This document shows positions 50,061 to 62,169 of a DNA stretch of 64,000 bases, piece by piece. Position 1 is the first letter of the stretch. The number at the start of each line of letters is the position of its first letter. Under the pieces are notes generated by a model. The model saw only the letters and a list, made by a program, of their open reading frames with translations, was not told the origin of the DNA and ran no database searches. A program made the translations under genes and the position numbers. The stretch comes from Heterodontus francisci (Eukaryota). The stretch is taken from positions 13,376,151-13,440,150 of the forward strand of contig NC_090413.1 of NCBI RefSeq assembly GCF_036365525.1, written 5' to 3'.

Positions 50061-50599
50061 GTGTCTGAACCTGAGACGACAGAGCTGTTCTGGTAACATT
50101 AAAATAATTAAAATATAAATATAGCAACTGATTTACAAACTACATAAGATTGAAAAGTTGATCCAATTTAACGTCAAGAGTGAACTTTCTGCCAGGAGCA
50201 GGAAGCAGAGTCCAGAGGAAATTACAAACTACTGCTATTGTGCAGGTCCTGGAGACTTGTAGGTCATGGGACTAGGGGACAAGTGCAGTGCCATTCTTCT
50301 TTGATATCACAAAATCATATTTTTTGGTACACTAAATCTCAGTTTCCCAGAAACAAGTTGGGCTCATATCCGATGGTGAGTAGAAGATGCTGTATGAAGA
50401 AGTAAAACTACAATTATTTGCAGTTTTTCACCAGCCCCGTCTCATACTCTCCCAGAAATCAGTACTGGCCTTTGGTTCTGTTCATCTCTTGCACTATATT
50501 AGTGCTAATCACAAACTGCAGCAGGCTGAAATTAGTGAATAGGCTCTGGCTTAACCACAAAGTGTCAATAACAACTACTTGTATGCATTTACTGGTTTT

Positions 50600-50970
50600 A
50601 ACACGGAGAATACCCCAGTGCTCGCTGACCTAAATTGGATCCCGTTCCAACAAGGCCTCGATTTTAAAATTTCGCCATTCCTACAACCCTTTGAGATCTC
50701 TGCATTCCTCCAATTCTGGCCTTCTGCACATCCCCATTTTTAATCACTCCACCATTGGCGACAGTGTTTTCAACTGCCTAGGTCCTAAGCTCTGGAATTC
50801 CCTCCCTAAACCTCTCTCTCCTCCTTTAAGACACCCCTTAAAAGCGAACTATGACTACCATTGATCACCTTAAATGGCTTAGTGTCAAATATGTTTGATG
50901 ACACTCTTGAAGTGCCCTGCAATGTTTTACCATGTTCAAGGCGCTTATATAATTGCAAGTTATTGTTGAA
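50600..50970 (+). mobile_element. L2 3' fragment
   Basis: ctccaccattggcg..aagctctggaattccctccctaaacc..ggcgcttatataattgcaagttattgttg. Confidence 0.82.
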
Positions 50971-52479
50971 ATGTCCTGATACATCACAAGGGAGGGAAGG
51001 GAAAAAAAATAAGGAACAACTCACTTCTGCAGCCAAACTTGACTTGCCAATGAGAACTGGCACAATTACCGACATCATTTTAAATAAGAGTTTCACATAC
51101 AGAGCCCTGAGATATTTCATAAACCCCTATAATTTGGAGCAGACATAGTTCTCAAAGAAAATAAGCAGCTTATCTTTTCTCATGGCGGATTTACACTGAC
51201 ACTTTTGTGAATAATAGTTGGAATTGGATGGTCGCTCTTGATTGGGGCCCTTCTCCAGTGGATCGGGACTGAGAAATGGCTGGCAGAGTGCAACCCCAAG
51301 CAAGCTCCGGTGGGCTGAAAAATAAAATTGGTGGGAGCTATAAAATCTAAGTGCATCTGTGCTAAGATAAATGGAGGAAAGTTATGCAACAACCTCTTCA
51401 AATATAGTAAACTGAGATTGTCCAGGGACAATACTCTCACACAGTGAAAGCTGGAGCAGAATCTGTACTTTTGGAATGAAGCCCAGGTCCAGGTTGACAC
51501 ACATTCAGTCAGTGACAACCTCCAAATGCAGCCTTTATTCATGAGGCTGGATCTTGTTCATACTGAAGGCTGGGAGATGCTGGCCGGCAGTTCCATTAAA
51601 TTCTGTTGACAGCCAGCAAATATCTACAGTACATTAAGGACCGATTCCTGCCCTGTTTTACATACTGCACCGCAGTACTGGTGTTGGTCTTTACCTTCAC
51701 CACACTGCTATGCCTGGGGGCTAAGATCAAGCATCATTTTACACTGGTAGCTCCCAGTACTCATGCTGAATCTCTCCCAATTCCTGTGCACAGGGAATTA
51801 ATATGGGGGTGATTTTCATCTTCCACCTCCCTGAAAATGGGGAGATAGGCAAACAAACTTTTTAAAAACCGACCTACCCGCTGACTACCAAACAAAATTG
51901 CAGAGCAGACCTTGAAATAAGTTACCAGCACTCCTGTAGGGAACAGGCAGGTGGCCTTATTTAAAATGGGGTGCGACACTGGCTGTAGGGCTCAAGTTTT
52001 CACGTACCAGTTGTCCAACAGTGTGCTGCGTATGCTCCCACTAGTCGTACTTTAGTTTACCCATCAGTACTTGCAGAGCACACTAAAGCCTGCGCTGAAA
52101 TAGGACCCACTGATATTTGTGAAGCCAAGATGAGCATGTGCAAAATTTCTCACCTGCTGCCAGTCACTCAGTGGCCCCACGCCTCACAATTACTGCCCTC
52201 TCCCCCACTTTTATGGTTTAACTTGCAGCTCAGAACTGTGGAGGAGCCACTGGATTTACTGACCTACCGCTGTATTGGTGATTCGTCTGTTAGCGCCTCT
52301 TGAATACTTGCAGCTCACTGAACAGATTCAAATAAGGCCCGAGCCTCTTGCTATTGGATGGTGTGATCACTCTTCTCGTTTCCTGACTGTTGTCAGACTG
52401 CAGCCACACCAAGATACTTGGGAGTAGTAGAAAGCAGAATGGAAACGCCAGGGAGATTTGGAGGGATGGTTGAAGGCTC

Positions 52480-53110
52480 AGGTGCAAAGATGGGTTTTGA
52501 AAGGGTTTGTAAAGCAGAGAGAAGTGGGAAAGATGGAGGCATTTAGGAAGGGAGTTCGAGAGCAGGGCCTAGGTAGCTGAAAGGAAAGGAAGGGTTGGAA
52601 GCCTCAACACGGAGAGGAAAAACAACTGGGGCGGCACAGTGGTTAGCACTGCAGCCTCACAGCTCCAGCGACCCAGGTTCGATTCTGGGTACTGCCTGTG
52701 CGGAGTTTGCAAGTTCTCCCTGTGACCGCGTGGGTTTTCGCCGGGTGCTCCAGTTTCCTCCCACAGCCAAAGACTTGCAGGTTGATAGGTAAATTGGCCA
52801 TTATAAATTGCCTCTAGTATAGGTAGGTAGTAGGGGAATTGAGGGATGTGAGCGGGTAATGGGATTAATGTAGGATTACTATAAATGGGTGGTTGATGGT
52901 CAGCACAGACTAGGTGGGCCGAAAGGCCTGTTTCAGTGCTGTATCTCTAAATAAAGTCGGGGAGGTTGCAGAGGTCGAATGGGGTGGGTGCCATTTGAAG
53001 TTAAAAACTAGTATTTTAAATTTAATGTGCTTCATACAAAGGATCAAATGTGGGTCAGCAAGGGTACATGGGTATTAGTGCAGGATAGGGCAGAGGCAGT
53101 TGCATTGTGC
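52480..53110 (-). mobile_element. Old L2 3' fragment hosting a V-SINE
   Basis: gatgggttttgaaaggg..aggaagggagttcgagag..gggcctaggtagctgaaa, resuming ggaggttgcagagg after the SINE. Confidence 0.55.
52628..52955 (+). mobile_element. HE1-type V-SINE
   Basis: ggcggcacagtggttagcac (A box), ggttcgattc (B box), V domain, tail gggccgaaaggcctgtttcagtgctgtatctctaaataaa. Homologous to 30411-30770. Confidence 0.93.
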
Positions 53111-53319
53111 TCATCCTGGAGAGTGTGGTGCAAATAAAGAAAAGGCAGCAAGGAGAACACTGGATTATTTGAATATGAAAACACCATAGGCACGAATCAA
53201 GCTTCAGAGTCAAGGGGCAGAGTTTGTGATGGGAGCAGAGACTGATGGCTGACGTCCAGCTGAAAGAAGTTGTGACTCATCTAAGACTTGACATAATACC
53301 CAGAGATCTGTGGGTGGAT

Positions 53320-53630
53320 AACCATCTGGGTAGATACAAAGAAGTTATTTCTCTGGTGGGTGAATGCAGAACAAGGCGGCATAATCTTAAAATTAGAGCT
53401 AGGCCACTTAGGACTAAAATCAGGAAGCACCTTTTTACAAAAAGGGTAGTGGAAGTTGGTGACTCTCTCCCCCAAAGGCTGTGGACACTGGGTCAATTGA
53501 AATGCTCAAGACAAAGAGTGAGGGAGTATCAAGGGATATGGAGCAAATGAAGTTGAGCTATAGATCAGCCATGTTCTAACAATGGCAGAACAAATTTGAG
53601 GGTCTGAACGTGCTGAGTTTGTTCCTATGA
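53320..53630 (+). mobile_element. CR1 3' fragment
   Basis: LVGECRTRRHNLKIRARP..IRKHLFTKRVVEVGDSLPQ. Confidence 0.82.
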
Positions 53631-55889
53631 TCTTGTGCTCCAATTTTCCTTTAGATGGAGGCTTTCAGGCTGCATCAATCCCTATCATGGTTCTGGAGAC
53701 TGCAAAGTCCCAGTGATCAATGGCTTAATTTTGTTGAATATTTCCCTTGTAGGTAAATCTGTACAGATGCTCTTTCTTGAGCCAAGGCAGCTACTGTAGC
53801 CCACGGCTGCCCTGAGGCAGGCCCTATTGACTTGGATATTACGAAGCCAAGATGCTTTTCCATAAATTAAATTGATTGCATCCAACACCCTAGCAAGGCT
53901 GGACCAAATGACACAGGCTGGGTGATATTGAACAGCGCTGAGGACAGGCACGGTAGGAATCGATTAGCGGGGGGAAGTAACTGTGGCCACCAAATATGCC
54001 ACCAAACCCCAGTAATTTGGAAGCTTTTCACAAAGTTGGGGTTTTTAAACTGACAGCTCTTCTGGAGCTAAATGGCTGCCATGCAATCCTTGTTCTGTGA
54101 TGCAACTGACAAGTAGATGCTCTAAAACTGATCATTGCCAAGATCAGGTCCTGTAGATTCTAATTGTGAAAACCAAGCAAACCTTGAAATTCCATACAAA
54201 TACTTACAACTCCGAGACTATGCTTAGGTTTACAGGTCTCGAGATTGGAATAAGAACACGCTGACCCTTCAATTAAATCGATAAAACACAGATACATTGC
54301 AGTTGCTGAAGCACACAGCAGGTTGGAGTTTGTTGAAGGAAGCTCCAGGCATCACATGCCAGCGTGCACTGCACTATTAATCCACTCAGTGAGGGAAACA
54401 GACTCATTCGCTTACTACACCCACTATACATAACAATGTTTCACCTAACTCTGCATTCATCAGATTTAGTTTCTTTTTTAAAAAAAGAGGATTTTTAGAA
54501 AGCAAAAGGTAATCTGGATACATCGGTTCACAATTGCAAAATATAATCTCTAAAAATAATTTAGAGTTTATTAATTACATCCTGCTTTTGTGCAGATCCT
54601 CCAGTACATGAGGAACTGGCACAGAACAACATAAGTTTGTGAAACCTCTTTCACAGACCACTGCCCATCAATTATTCTACTCCACAGATATACACACACA
54701 TGCACTCAGAGGGGTTAGTGTCATAATTGGCCTCTCAGATTAGGTACATTTCAACATTAAGTATGAGCTGGGACATAGGGACACCACCACCACATACAGG
54801 GCAGTTCAGACATATTGAACCCAGTGATTTTAAATAGGAGGCACTCGTAAATGCATGATGCATGCCGAGAAACACTGACCTCAGGAAAGACTGATTGTTA
54901 TGGTCTGAGAGTTTAAAATACCATTTATCCTAAAGTATTTGTAAAAGTTTCTTCTCAAAACAAATACAAAAACTCTTACTATGAGAATCTGAGAGACTGT
55001 TTCTACTCAAAATACCAAGAGTGAACAACCGGAAAACAGCATGACATAGACTGCCTAGGCTGTATATTTGCTTACCATTCCAACTGTCTTCAGCCATCCT
55101 GCTTTCCTGTCTTGCTTTTAAGAATGAGTGGTGAGTGACGTACCCTACTGTCAGCTCCTGTATGGTGTCCAGCTGATTGCTCTGCAGCTTGCTCAAAGGC
55201 TGAGCTGCAACAGTTTACTCCGTAATAGTGTAAACATTGCTTTGTGCACAGCTCCAGCACCCGCTCCACAAATCACCTGGAAATCTGCGCAATCCAGTCT
55301 CAGTCAGAGTTCTGAGATCAGCCACTTCAAACTTTCCCAGAACAAGCAAGTCGAGCCGTGAAAGGAGAGCCAGCAAACAGTTAACGCCACTTCAGCAAAT
55401 AGTTTTGCATCATCTCTTAAGAGTATACCGAGACACTACATCAGGGCCAATGTAATACCCTCAGCAAAGACAACAAGGAGCTGTCACAATGCTGGGGCCC
55501 CTGCCTTCAGCAGAAATCAGCACACGTGATAGTCACCCAAGGACGTCAACCTTCTACACTCCACAAGCTGTCCTGGATATTCACATGGCAACACTGATAG
55601 AGTTACTATATTTACACTGGACTTCCTGGCTTTGCACGGCCACTGCAGTCTGTCTGAAGCAAAGAAAAGGAAGAGCGAGGGTTGTCTTGTAACAGCCACC
55701 TCCGTTAAACCTATTACAAGGACACTAATTCAGCTCACATGATAGAAAACTGCTTCTGAACACAACAGAAAATGTGCTTATAACTGAACTTGCTCTCATG
55801 CCAGAATGTCTCTGCAAACCTACTGCAGTATTGAAAACTTCGAATTAAGATGTTGTGACTATCAACTCTTGCTGCAACAATTTCCACCA

Positions 55890-56756
55890 GGACAGTAAGT
55901 TTTACTCTGTATTTAACCCGTGCTGTAGCTGACCTGGGGGTGTTTGTTGGAACAACGTAAAGGGACCTTCACTCTGTACCTTGCACCCTTCAGAAGGTTG
56001 AGATCCAAAACTCCGATGCTCTGTATCCTAACCTGCATTGTGTCCCAGGCGCCCCTCACCACATGCTCTGTGACTTATGTTGGCTCCCATCCCAGCAATG
56101 CCTTCATTTTAAAATTCTCATCCTTTTGTTTTCAAAAACATCCATGGTCTCACCCACCCCCCAGCCCCCATCTCTGTAACCTCCAACCAGCCTAACAACC
56201 TTCAGAGATCTCTGTGCTCCTCCAATGCTAGCCTCTTGTTCATCCCTGATTTTCATCACTCCACCATTTGCCCTGCCTGCAGCTGCCTAGACCCCAAGCC
56301 CCGACATCCCCTCCCTAATCCTCTTCCTCCTGATTTAAAGATTGCCCTTTAAACCTTCCTCTTTGACCAAGCATTTGGTCACTTGTCCTATTACCTCTTC
56401 ATGTGGCTTGGTGTCAAACCTCTTCCTCCTGATTTAAAGATTGCCCTTTAAACCTTCCTCTTTGACCAAGCATTTGGTCACTTGTCCTATTACCTCTTCA
56501 TGTGGCTTGGTGTCAAACCTCCTTTGAAGCACCTTTGGATGTCTTACTACATTAAAAGCACTGTATAATTCAATTTGTTGTATCTAACCTGTGCTGTACC
56601 TGCCCTGGGTGTGTTTGATGGGGACAGCACAGAGGGAGTTTCATCTGTATCTAATCTGTGCTGTACCTGCCCTGGGTGTGTTTGATGGGGACAGCACAGA
56701 GGGAGTTTCATCTGTATCTAATCTGTGCTGTACCTGCCCTGGGTGTGTTTGATGTT
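55890..56756 (+). repeat. 67-bp tandem minisatellite (about 1.5 diverged units at 55890-55980 and about 2.6 units at 56579-56756) split by an L2 fragment
   Basis: Unit TGTATCTAAYCTGTGCTGTACCTGCCCTGGGTGTGTTTGATGGGGACAGCACAGAGGGAGTTTCATC starts at 56579, 56646 and 56713. Confidence 0.92.
55985..56580 (+). mobile_element. L2 3' fragment containing a 99-bp tandem duplication
   Basis: atccaaaactc..tgct..gtatcctaacc, ctctgtaacctcc..cagcc, L2 tail. 56320-56418 is repeated at 56419-56517. Confidence 0.85.
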
Positions 56757-57747
56757 GACACTAGGTGCAAACGCAGAAAAGCATTTTTCCTTTAACTAAC
56801 ACTTTTCACTGATCTAAGCATCAAAGAACCTCAAACATATCTCTGATACTTAAGTGCACAACACTTAACACAGTAGCAGCAAGTGTTGAGCTATTTTTGG
56901 TTCAGTCTGAATGCAATGCAAAATAGATCAGCCATCATCAGTGTAGGAAGAAGTTGTCTGTTATTATGTGGTGAAGTACATCACTTGCACACGGATCCCA
57001 AGTGTCTTGTCAGAGACCACAATCAGCACAATGGAGAGATAATGGCCATCAAACCCCACCAATTTGGAGCTAGCAAATTAAAAGCCAGTCTGATTTGAAG
57101 TTAAGAGAATTCAGACATATGACCATCCAAAAAGAGATGAATATTTTCACCCCAGGCTTACAGAGTTGACAGATAAGCAGCTGCAGTTCAACATCATATT
57201 TATGCAATATCATTGGTTTGCTCTCACACAAACACAGAAGTAATAAACTGTACATAACCATTATGGAGGGGCTAGGAGGGGACACTAAAGTACGAGTAAA
57301 GCTTAGCCTAGTGACTCTTGCCTCCTTGTGCACACTAATTAGCCGCTGTAACTTTAGCAGATCAGTTGAATGCCAGTTTGTGTTTGTATATGGGTTTCCA
57401 TTGAACTTACAATGGCCAATTGGTAGAATCTGTCCTTTTTTGAAAAAATTCCTGATGTCTATCCATATACTCAACATTACATGAATTCATCACCATAAAT
57501 TGCTCCCATGACCAAAGACAGGCCTGTAACCAGCTGTACTTCACACCAGCATTGCACAACTTTCCAGGAACATCTCAAGTTCTTTTAAGAGTGCGGGAAT
57601 ATGTACCCTCAATTCTAGAGCTTTAACCGTGCCTTTCCCTCTTGCTTTTAAACGACTTAGATTAAAATGATGAGCTAGTGTGATTTTCTGCTGGTGACTT
57701 TCCACAATATAGCGCAAACCAGTTAGTCACAATGTATTTGAAAAATG

Positions 57748-57949
57748 TAGTTGGCAGGAAAAAAGACAGAGGCGCAAGGGGAGAGCCAACTGTGCAACAG
57801 CCCCAACAAACAAATTTCTCTGCAGCACCTGTGGAAGAGCCTGTCACTCCAGAATTGGCCTTTATAGCCACTCCAGGCGCTGCTTCACAAACCACTGACC
57901 ACCTCCAGGCGCGTATCCATTGTCTCTCGAGATAAGGAGGCCCAAAAGA
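57748..57949 (+). mobile_element. Young 5'-truncated RTE 3' end with C2H2 finger
   Basis: Encodes CSTCGRACHSRIGLYSHSRRC. Perfect 12-bp TSD ATTTGAAAAATG at 57736-57747 and 57950-57961. Confidence 0.92.
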
Positions 57950-59239
57950 ATTTGAAAAATGGCCAGTTCCTGCTTATCTGCAGTCTGAAGATCTGATGAA
58001 CCTTCCTAGAATCCAGATGTGAAGTACGCAAAACTTGTGCATGTCAACTGCATTAAAAAAAAACCAAATCCCTATTTAGCCACAGGGCCAAAAAGGAAAT
58101 CCCTGGTGTAAAAGAGGTTATATTTGTTCAGCTTAAAGGTGGCAGACATACTGTATTTGTAAATCATAGGAAATGCTACAGGCCCAGTGATGCACACTTT
58201 ATATGTTAAGAACTTCCATTCAGCTCATGCCATTAACATAGAAAAATATCCCTTAGTAAAGCACTTAGGACAATCAGACAAAAATGGATGTCAAACCAGA
58301 ACAGGAGATATTGGGGAGGGGTGGGGGTCAAAGAGATGGGCTTTAAGAACGGTCTTAAAGGAGCAGACAGAGATGGACACATGGAGAGATTTACACCTTC
58401 AAATCTGTAATCATGATCAGCGTATGTTTATTATTATTGGTACTGGGATACTTGAATTGATCTCGGGAAGAGATTACGAAACTCAAATGAAATCATTTCT
58501 GATTTCAAATTAAATCAGATTGAACTGCATCTTTACAGAAATAGAGTTCCAGCTTCTCTTTTAAATGTAGTTCTGTGCATAGCGTCACAGGTGCCAGACT
58601 TTACCATGGCATCACACACAGTTACACCCGAGAAGGCGAGAAACACTGAAAGCAGAGAGAGACTACAGTACAGCTCTTCCACCCTCCCTATCTTGCATCA
58701 TTCTGAAATTAAAATAACTCCCACTGCTACAAACAGTACCCACATATCTAATGGCACAAACTCATCACACTGACACTTCCCAAACCACTGCGGGTTGCTG
58801 CACAAAAAACCCAACTGAAGCTACACCCAACAAATGATTTAGAATCCACAGTAATTAAACACTGTTGGTAAGCTGAAAACTGTGAAGAATAGGACTCCTC
58901 AGGCATTCTCAATTTACTGACTTTAATAAACACTTCTTAAATACTCATCAGCAGTAGGTTTTCCTGCCCCCAGAACTATACGATTTATCTCTATTAACAT
59001 GATAAACATGATCAAGAAGGATGGCCTTACGTCCACTTGAGAAATAAACATTGTAGCATTATGGAACTTGTCTTTGCACCTCAACAACTGACATCAGTTA
59101 CTAGTATCGACATCTTGTGGCACTTCTATAAATTCCTCTCCATTTTTAACATGGAAAATCTCTCAGATTTCACCTACAATTGGATTTCATTGTTGAAAGC
59201 CCCAAGCTGTGCCATTTCTAGTGCATGGCTCCTAACCGA

Positions 59240-59740
59240 GAATTACTTCTAAAGCACGCATGGTAGCCAATTTGTGCATAGCAATGTCCAAATTGCAATG
59301 AGCCAAGCGACTAGCCCATTTGTTTTAGTGGTGGTGGTTGAAGGGGGAAATGTTGGCCAGACCACTAAACACGACATAAGAAATAGAAGGAGGAGTAGGC
59401 CCCTTGAGCCTGCTCTGCCATTCAATAAGATCGTGGCTGATCTTCTACCTCAACTCCACTTCCCCGCACTATTCCCACATCCCTTAATACACAAAAGTCT
59501 ATCGACCTCTGTCTTGGATATACTCAACGACTGAGAATCCACAGCTCTCGAGGCAAAAAGCTGGCTCTTTTTTAAATAGTGCCACAGGATCTTTTACATC
59601 GACCTGAACAGGTAGACTGGGGGGCCTTGTTTAATGTCTCATTGTAACCCACAGCCCTGCACTCCAGTGTGTCAGTCTAGATTACGTACTTGGGTCCTGA
59701 GTATTCTGCTGGCTTGGAGGCAAACAAGCTAATACTGTGT
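59240..59740 (-). mobile_element. Deu SINE remnant split by a CR1 3' tail (59375-59552)
   Basis: gccaatttgtgcatagcaa..ggttgaagggg..aatgttggccag / aaatagtgccacaggatcttttacatc..tttaatgtctcat. Insert acataagaaatag..gagtaggcc..ttgagcctgctctgccattcaataagatc. Confidence 0.75.
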
Positions 59741-60479
59741 CAGACAGACAGTGAAGGGGGAGGGGGACAAACTGGTAGAATTATCGGATCTTCATGAAAT
59801 GCCATTGCCTACCTACATCACTGTGAAGCTATTCGATGCAGAAGCTCTGTCACTTAAAATAAAACTTCGGTCAAGATTCAAGGTGGTCAAGAATTTGGCC
59901 AAGATACCAAGCTCTACAAAAGACACTGATGGATCTGAAACAATAGCAATCCATAAAATAATGTGAGCACTGTGGACAGAGCCTTTCCATATCAACGCTC
60001 GCTATTATAAAGCTGCAGCTCCACAAACGTCTGGCTGATTGGAAGAAGCTTCAAACTTAGAAGGAATCCAAATGAGTAAAGGAAAATTGTACTCTGCAAA
60101 TTTCACAAGGGCAACAATCCTCTCGAGTGCCACAATTACAGTTATTTCTCCGTAGTAACTCAAATCCATTTCGAAAAATAGATCAGATTGAAATGAATAA
60201 TGATCATCCATGACCTCTGCACGGCACCATCCTGTTTAGACCAGAAACTCCTTGCAGTAGTCTCTTTAAAGCTCATGAATGACATCCACTGTGCAGATCA
60301 AGTTCCAGCAAGAGGGTCTGATCGGACAGAAAACTTCACACGTCCAGTACAATTTACATTTTTAATTAACACATTAGATGTTCAATAAAATAGTTTCTCA
60401 CTGCAAAATGATGCCTTTCTGCGTTTCAATACTGCGGCACAGCTGCAGGGTCATTGATTTCCCTGACTGTGACGTTCTC

Positions 60480-60815
60480 GGTGCCTCAGTTGCCAACTGA
60501 GTGAGGCAGATGGAGAAGGTCCCAGGTTCAGTGCCAAGTTAGCTAATCTTAGCAAGAATTATGAATGAAGCAGTACCATTGGCCTCAGCATTGGCTCAGT
60601 TAAGAGGGGATGGGGGTGGGGGGGGTGGGGGGGGGAGAATAGTCGGGAGAAAACCCACCAGGGTTCCTGCTCCCACTCGCGGTTCAATGACTTCTGCTGT
60701 GGGTTGGGGGTTTATTCATGAAGAATGAACACTTGGAGAAGGTACCAGAGCATACTGCTGCCCACTGAACTGTACACCAGCATGAATTAATGCCTTTATG
60801 ACAGAAGGGAATTAA
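60480..60815 (+). mobile_element. SINE-like repeat (unassigned family, copy 3 of 3) with G-run expansion
   Basis: aaggtcccaggttca (B-box-like), gttagctaatcttagc, attggcctcagc, ccagggttcctgctcc. Confidence 0.6.
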
Positions 60816-60877
60816 AACAAAAAAAGACAGATCTAATTTGCAATTCCTCACCCCCTCACCCTTACCAACCAAAGGGA

Positions 60878-61332
60878 CAAAAGAATGACCCGCATTTATA
60901 TAGTGCCTTTCACGACCACAGAATATTGCAAAGCATTTTACAGCCAATTAAGTACTTCTGAACTTTTGTAATGTAGGAAGCATGGCGGCCAATTTGTGCA
61001 CAGCAAGATCTCACATATAGTACATGATAATGACCAGATAATCTGTTTTTGTGAAATTGATTGAGGGATAAACATTGGGCAGGACATTGGAGATAACTCC
61101 CCTGCTCCTCTTCGAAATTGTGCTGTAGGATCTTTTACATTCACCTGCAGACAGGGCTTCGGCTTAACCTTTCATCTGAAAGACGGTATGCCAGACAGTG
61201 AAGCACCTCTTCACTACTGCACAGGAGTGCCTGCTTTTTTGATTTTTGGGCTTAAATCCTGGAGTGGGACTTGAACCCACAACATTCTGACTTTGAGGCA
61301 GAACAGCTACCAATTGAGCCACAGCTGACACT
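60878..61332 (-). mobile_element. Near full-length SacSINE1-like Deu-domain SINE
   Basis: Minus: tggctcaattggtagc (A box), ggttcaagtccc (B box), Deu domain gtaaaagatcc..gaagaggagcaggggagttatctcc..tttatccctcaa..cagattatctggtcattatc, tail gtgaaaggcactatataaatgc. Confidence 0.9.
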
Positions 61333-61334
61333 GA

Positions 61335-62140
61335 GGACAGCTGTAGGCTGCAGGAAGATACTGATGGTCTGGTCAGATGGGCAGAAAATGGCAAATGGAA
61401 TTCAATCTGGACAAGTGTGAGGTGATGCATTTGGAGAGATCAAACAAGGCAAAGGAATACATGATTAATGGGAAAATACGGAGATGTGTAGAGGAAGTGA
61501 GGCACCTTGGAGTGAATGTCCATAGACTCCTGAAGGTAGCAGGACAGGTTGATAAGGTGTTAAGAAGGCAAATGGAATCCTTCCCTTTATTAGAATAGAG
61601 GTATCGAGGAGCAGGGAGGTTATGCTGGAACTGTATAAATCATTGGTTAGACCACAACTTGAGTACTGTGTGCAGTTCTGGTCACCTCATTACAGAAAGG
61701 ATATAACTGCACTAGAGAGGGTACAGAGGAGATTTACGATGATGTTGCCAGGACTGGAAAAATGCAGGTATGAGGAAAGATTAGATAGGCTGGGGTTTTT
61801 CTCCTTGGAACAAAGGCGGCTGAGGGGAGACCTGACTGAAATGTACAAAATTATGAGGGGCCTGGAAAAAGTGGAGGTGAAGGGCTTATTTACCTTAGCA
61901 GAGAGGTCAGTGACTAAGGGGAATAGATTTAAATAGATTGGTAGAAAGATTAGAAGGGAGGTGAGGAAAAACTTTTTCACCCAGAGTGTGGTGGGGGTCT
62001 GGAACTCACTGCCTGAAAGGGTAGTTGAGGCAGAGACCCTCAACTCATTCAAAAGCAGTCTGGATATGCACCTCAAGTACCGTAATCTGCAGGGCTATGG
62101 ACCAAATTCTGGAGGGTGGGTTTTGAATGGGTGGATTGTA
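61335..62140 (+). mobile_element. CR1 3' fragment
   Basis: WQMEFNLDKCEVMH, LVRPQLEYCVQFWSPHYRKD, FFTQSVVGVWNSLPE. Confidence 0.93.
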
Positions 62141-62169
62141 TGTGATCTGGCTGAGGCATGGGGGAAGTT

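Noticed and set aside
52628-52695. tRNA gene (also 61262-61322)
   Set aside because: A/B boxes are SINE heads continuing into V or Deu domains; no complete cloverleaf.
56579-56756. CRISPR-like array
   Set aside because: Head-to-tail 67-bp units with no unique spacers, in a vertebrate context with no cas genes.
59751-60211. Short overlapping ORFs as host exons
   Set aside because: No recognisable protein similarity and no consistent acceptor/donor pair with an open frame.
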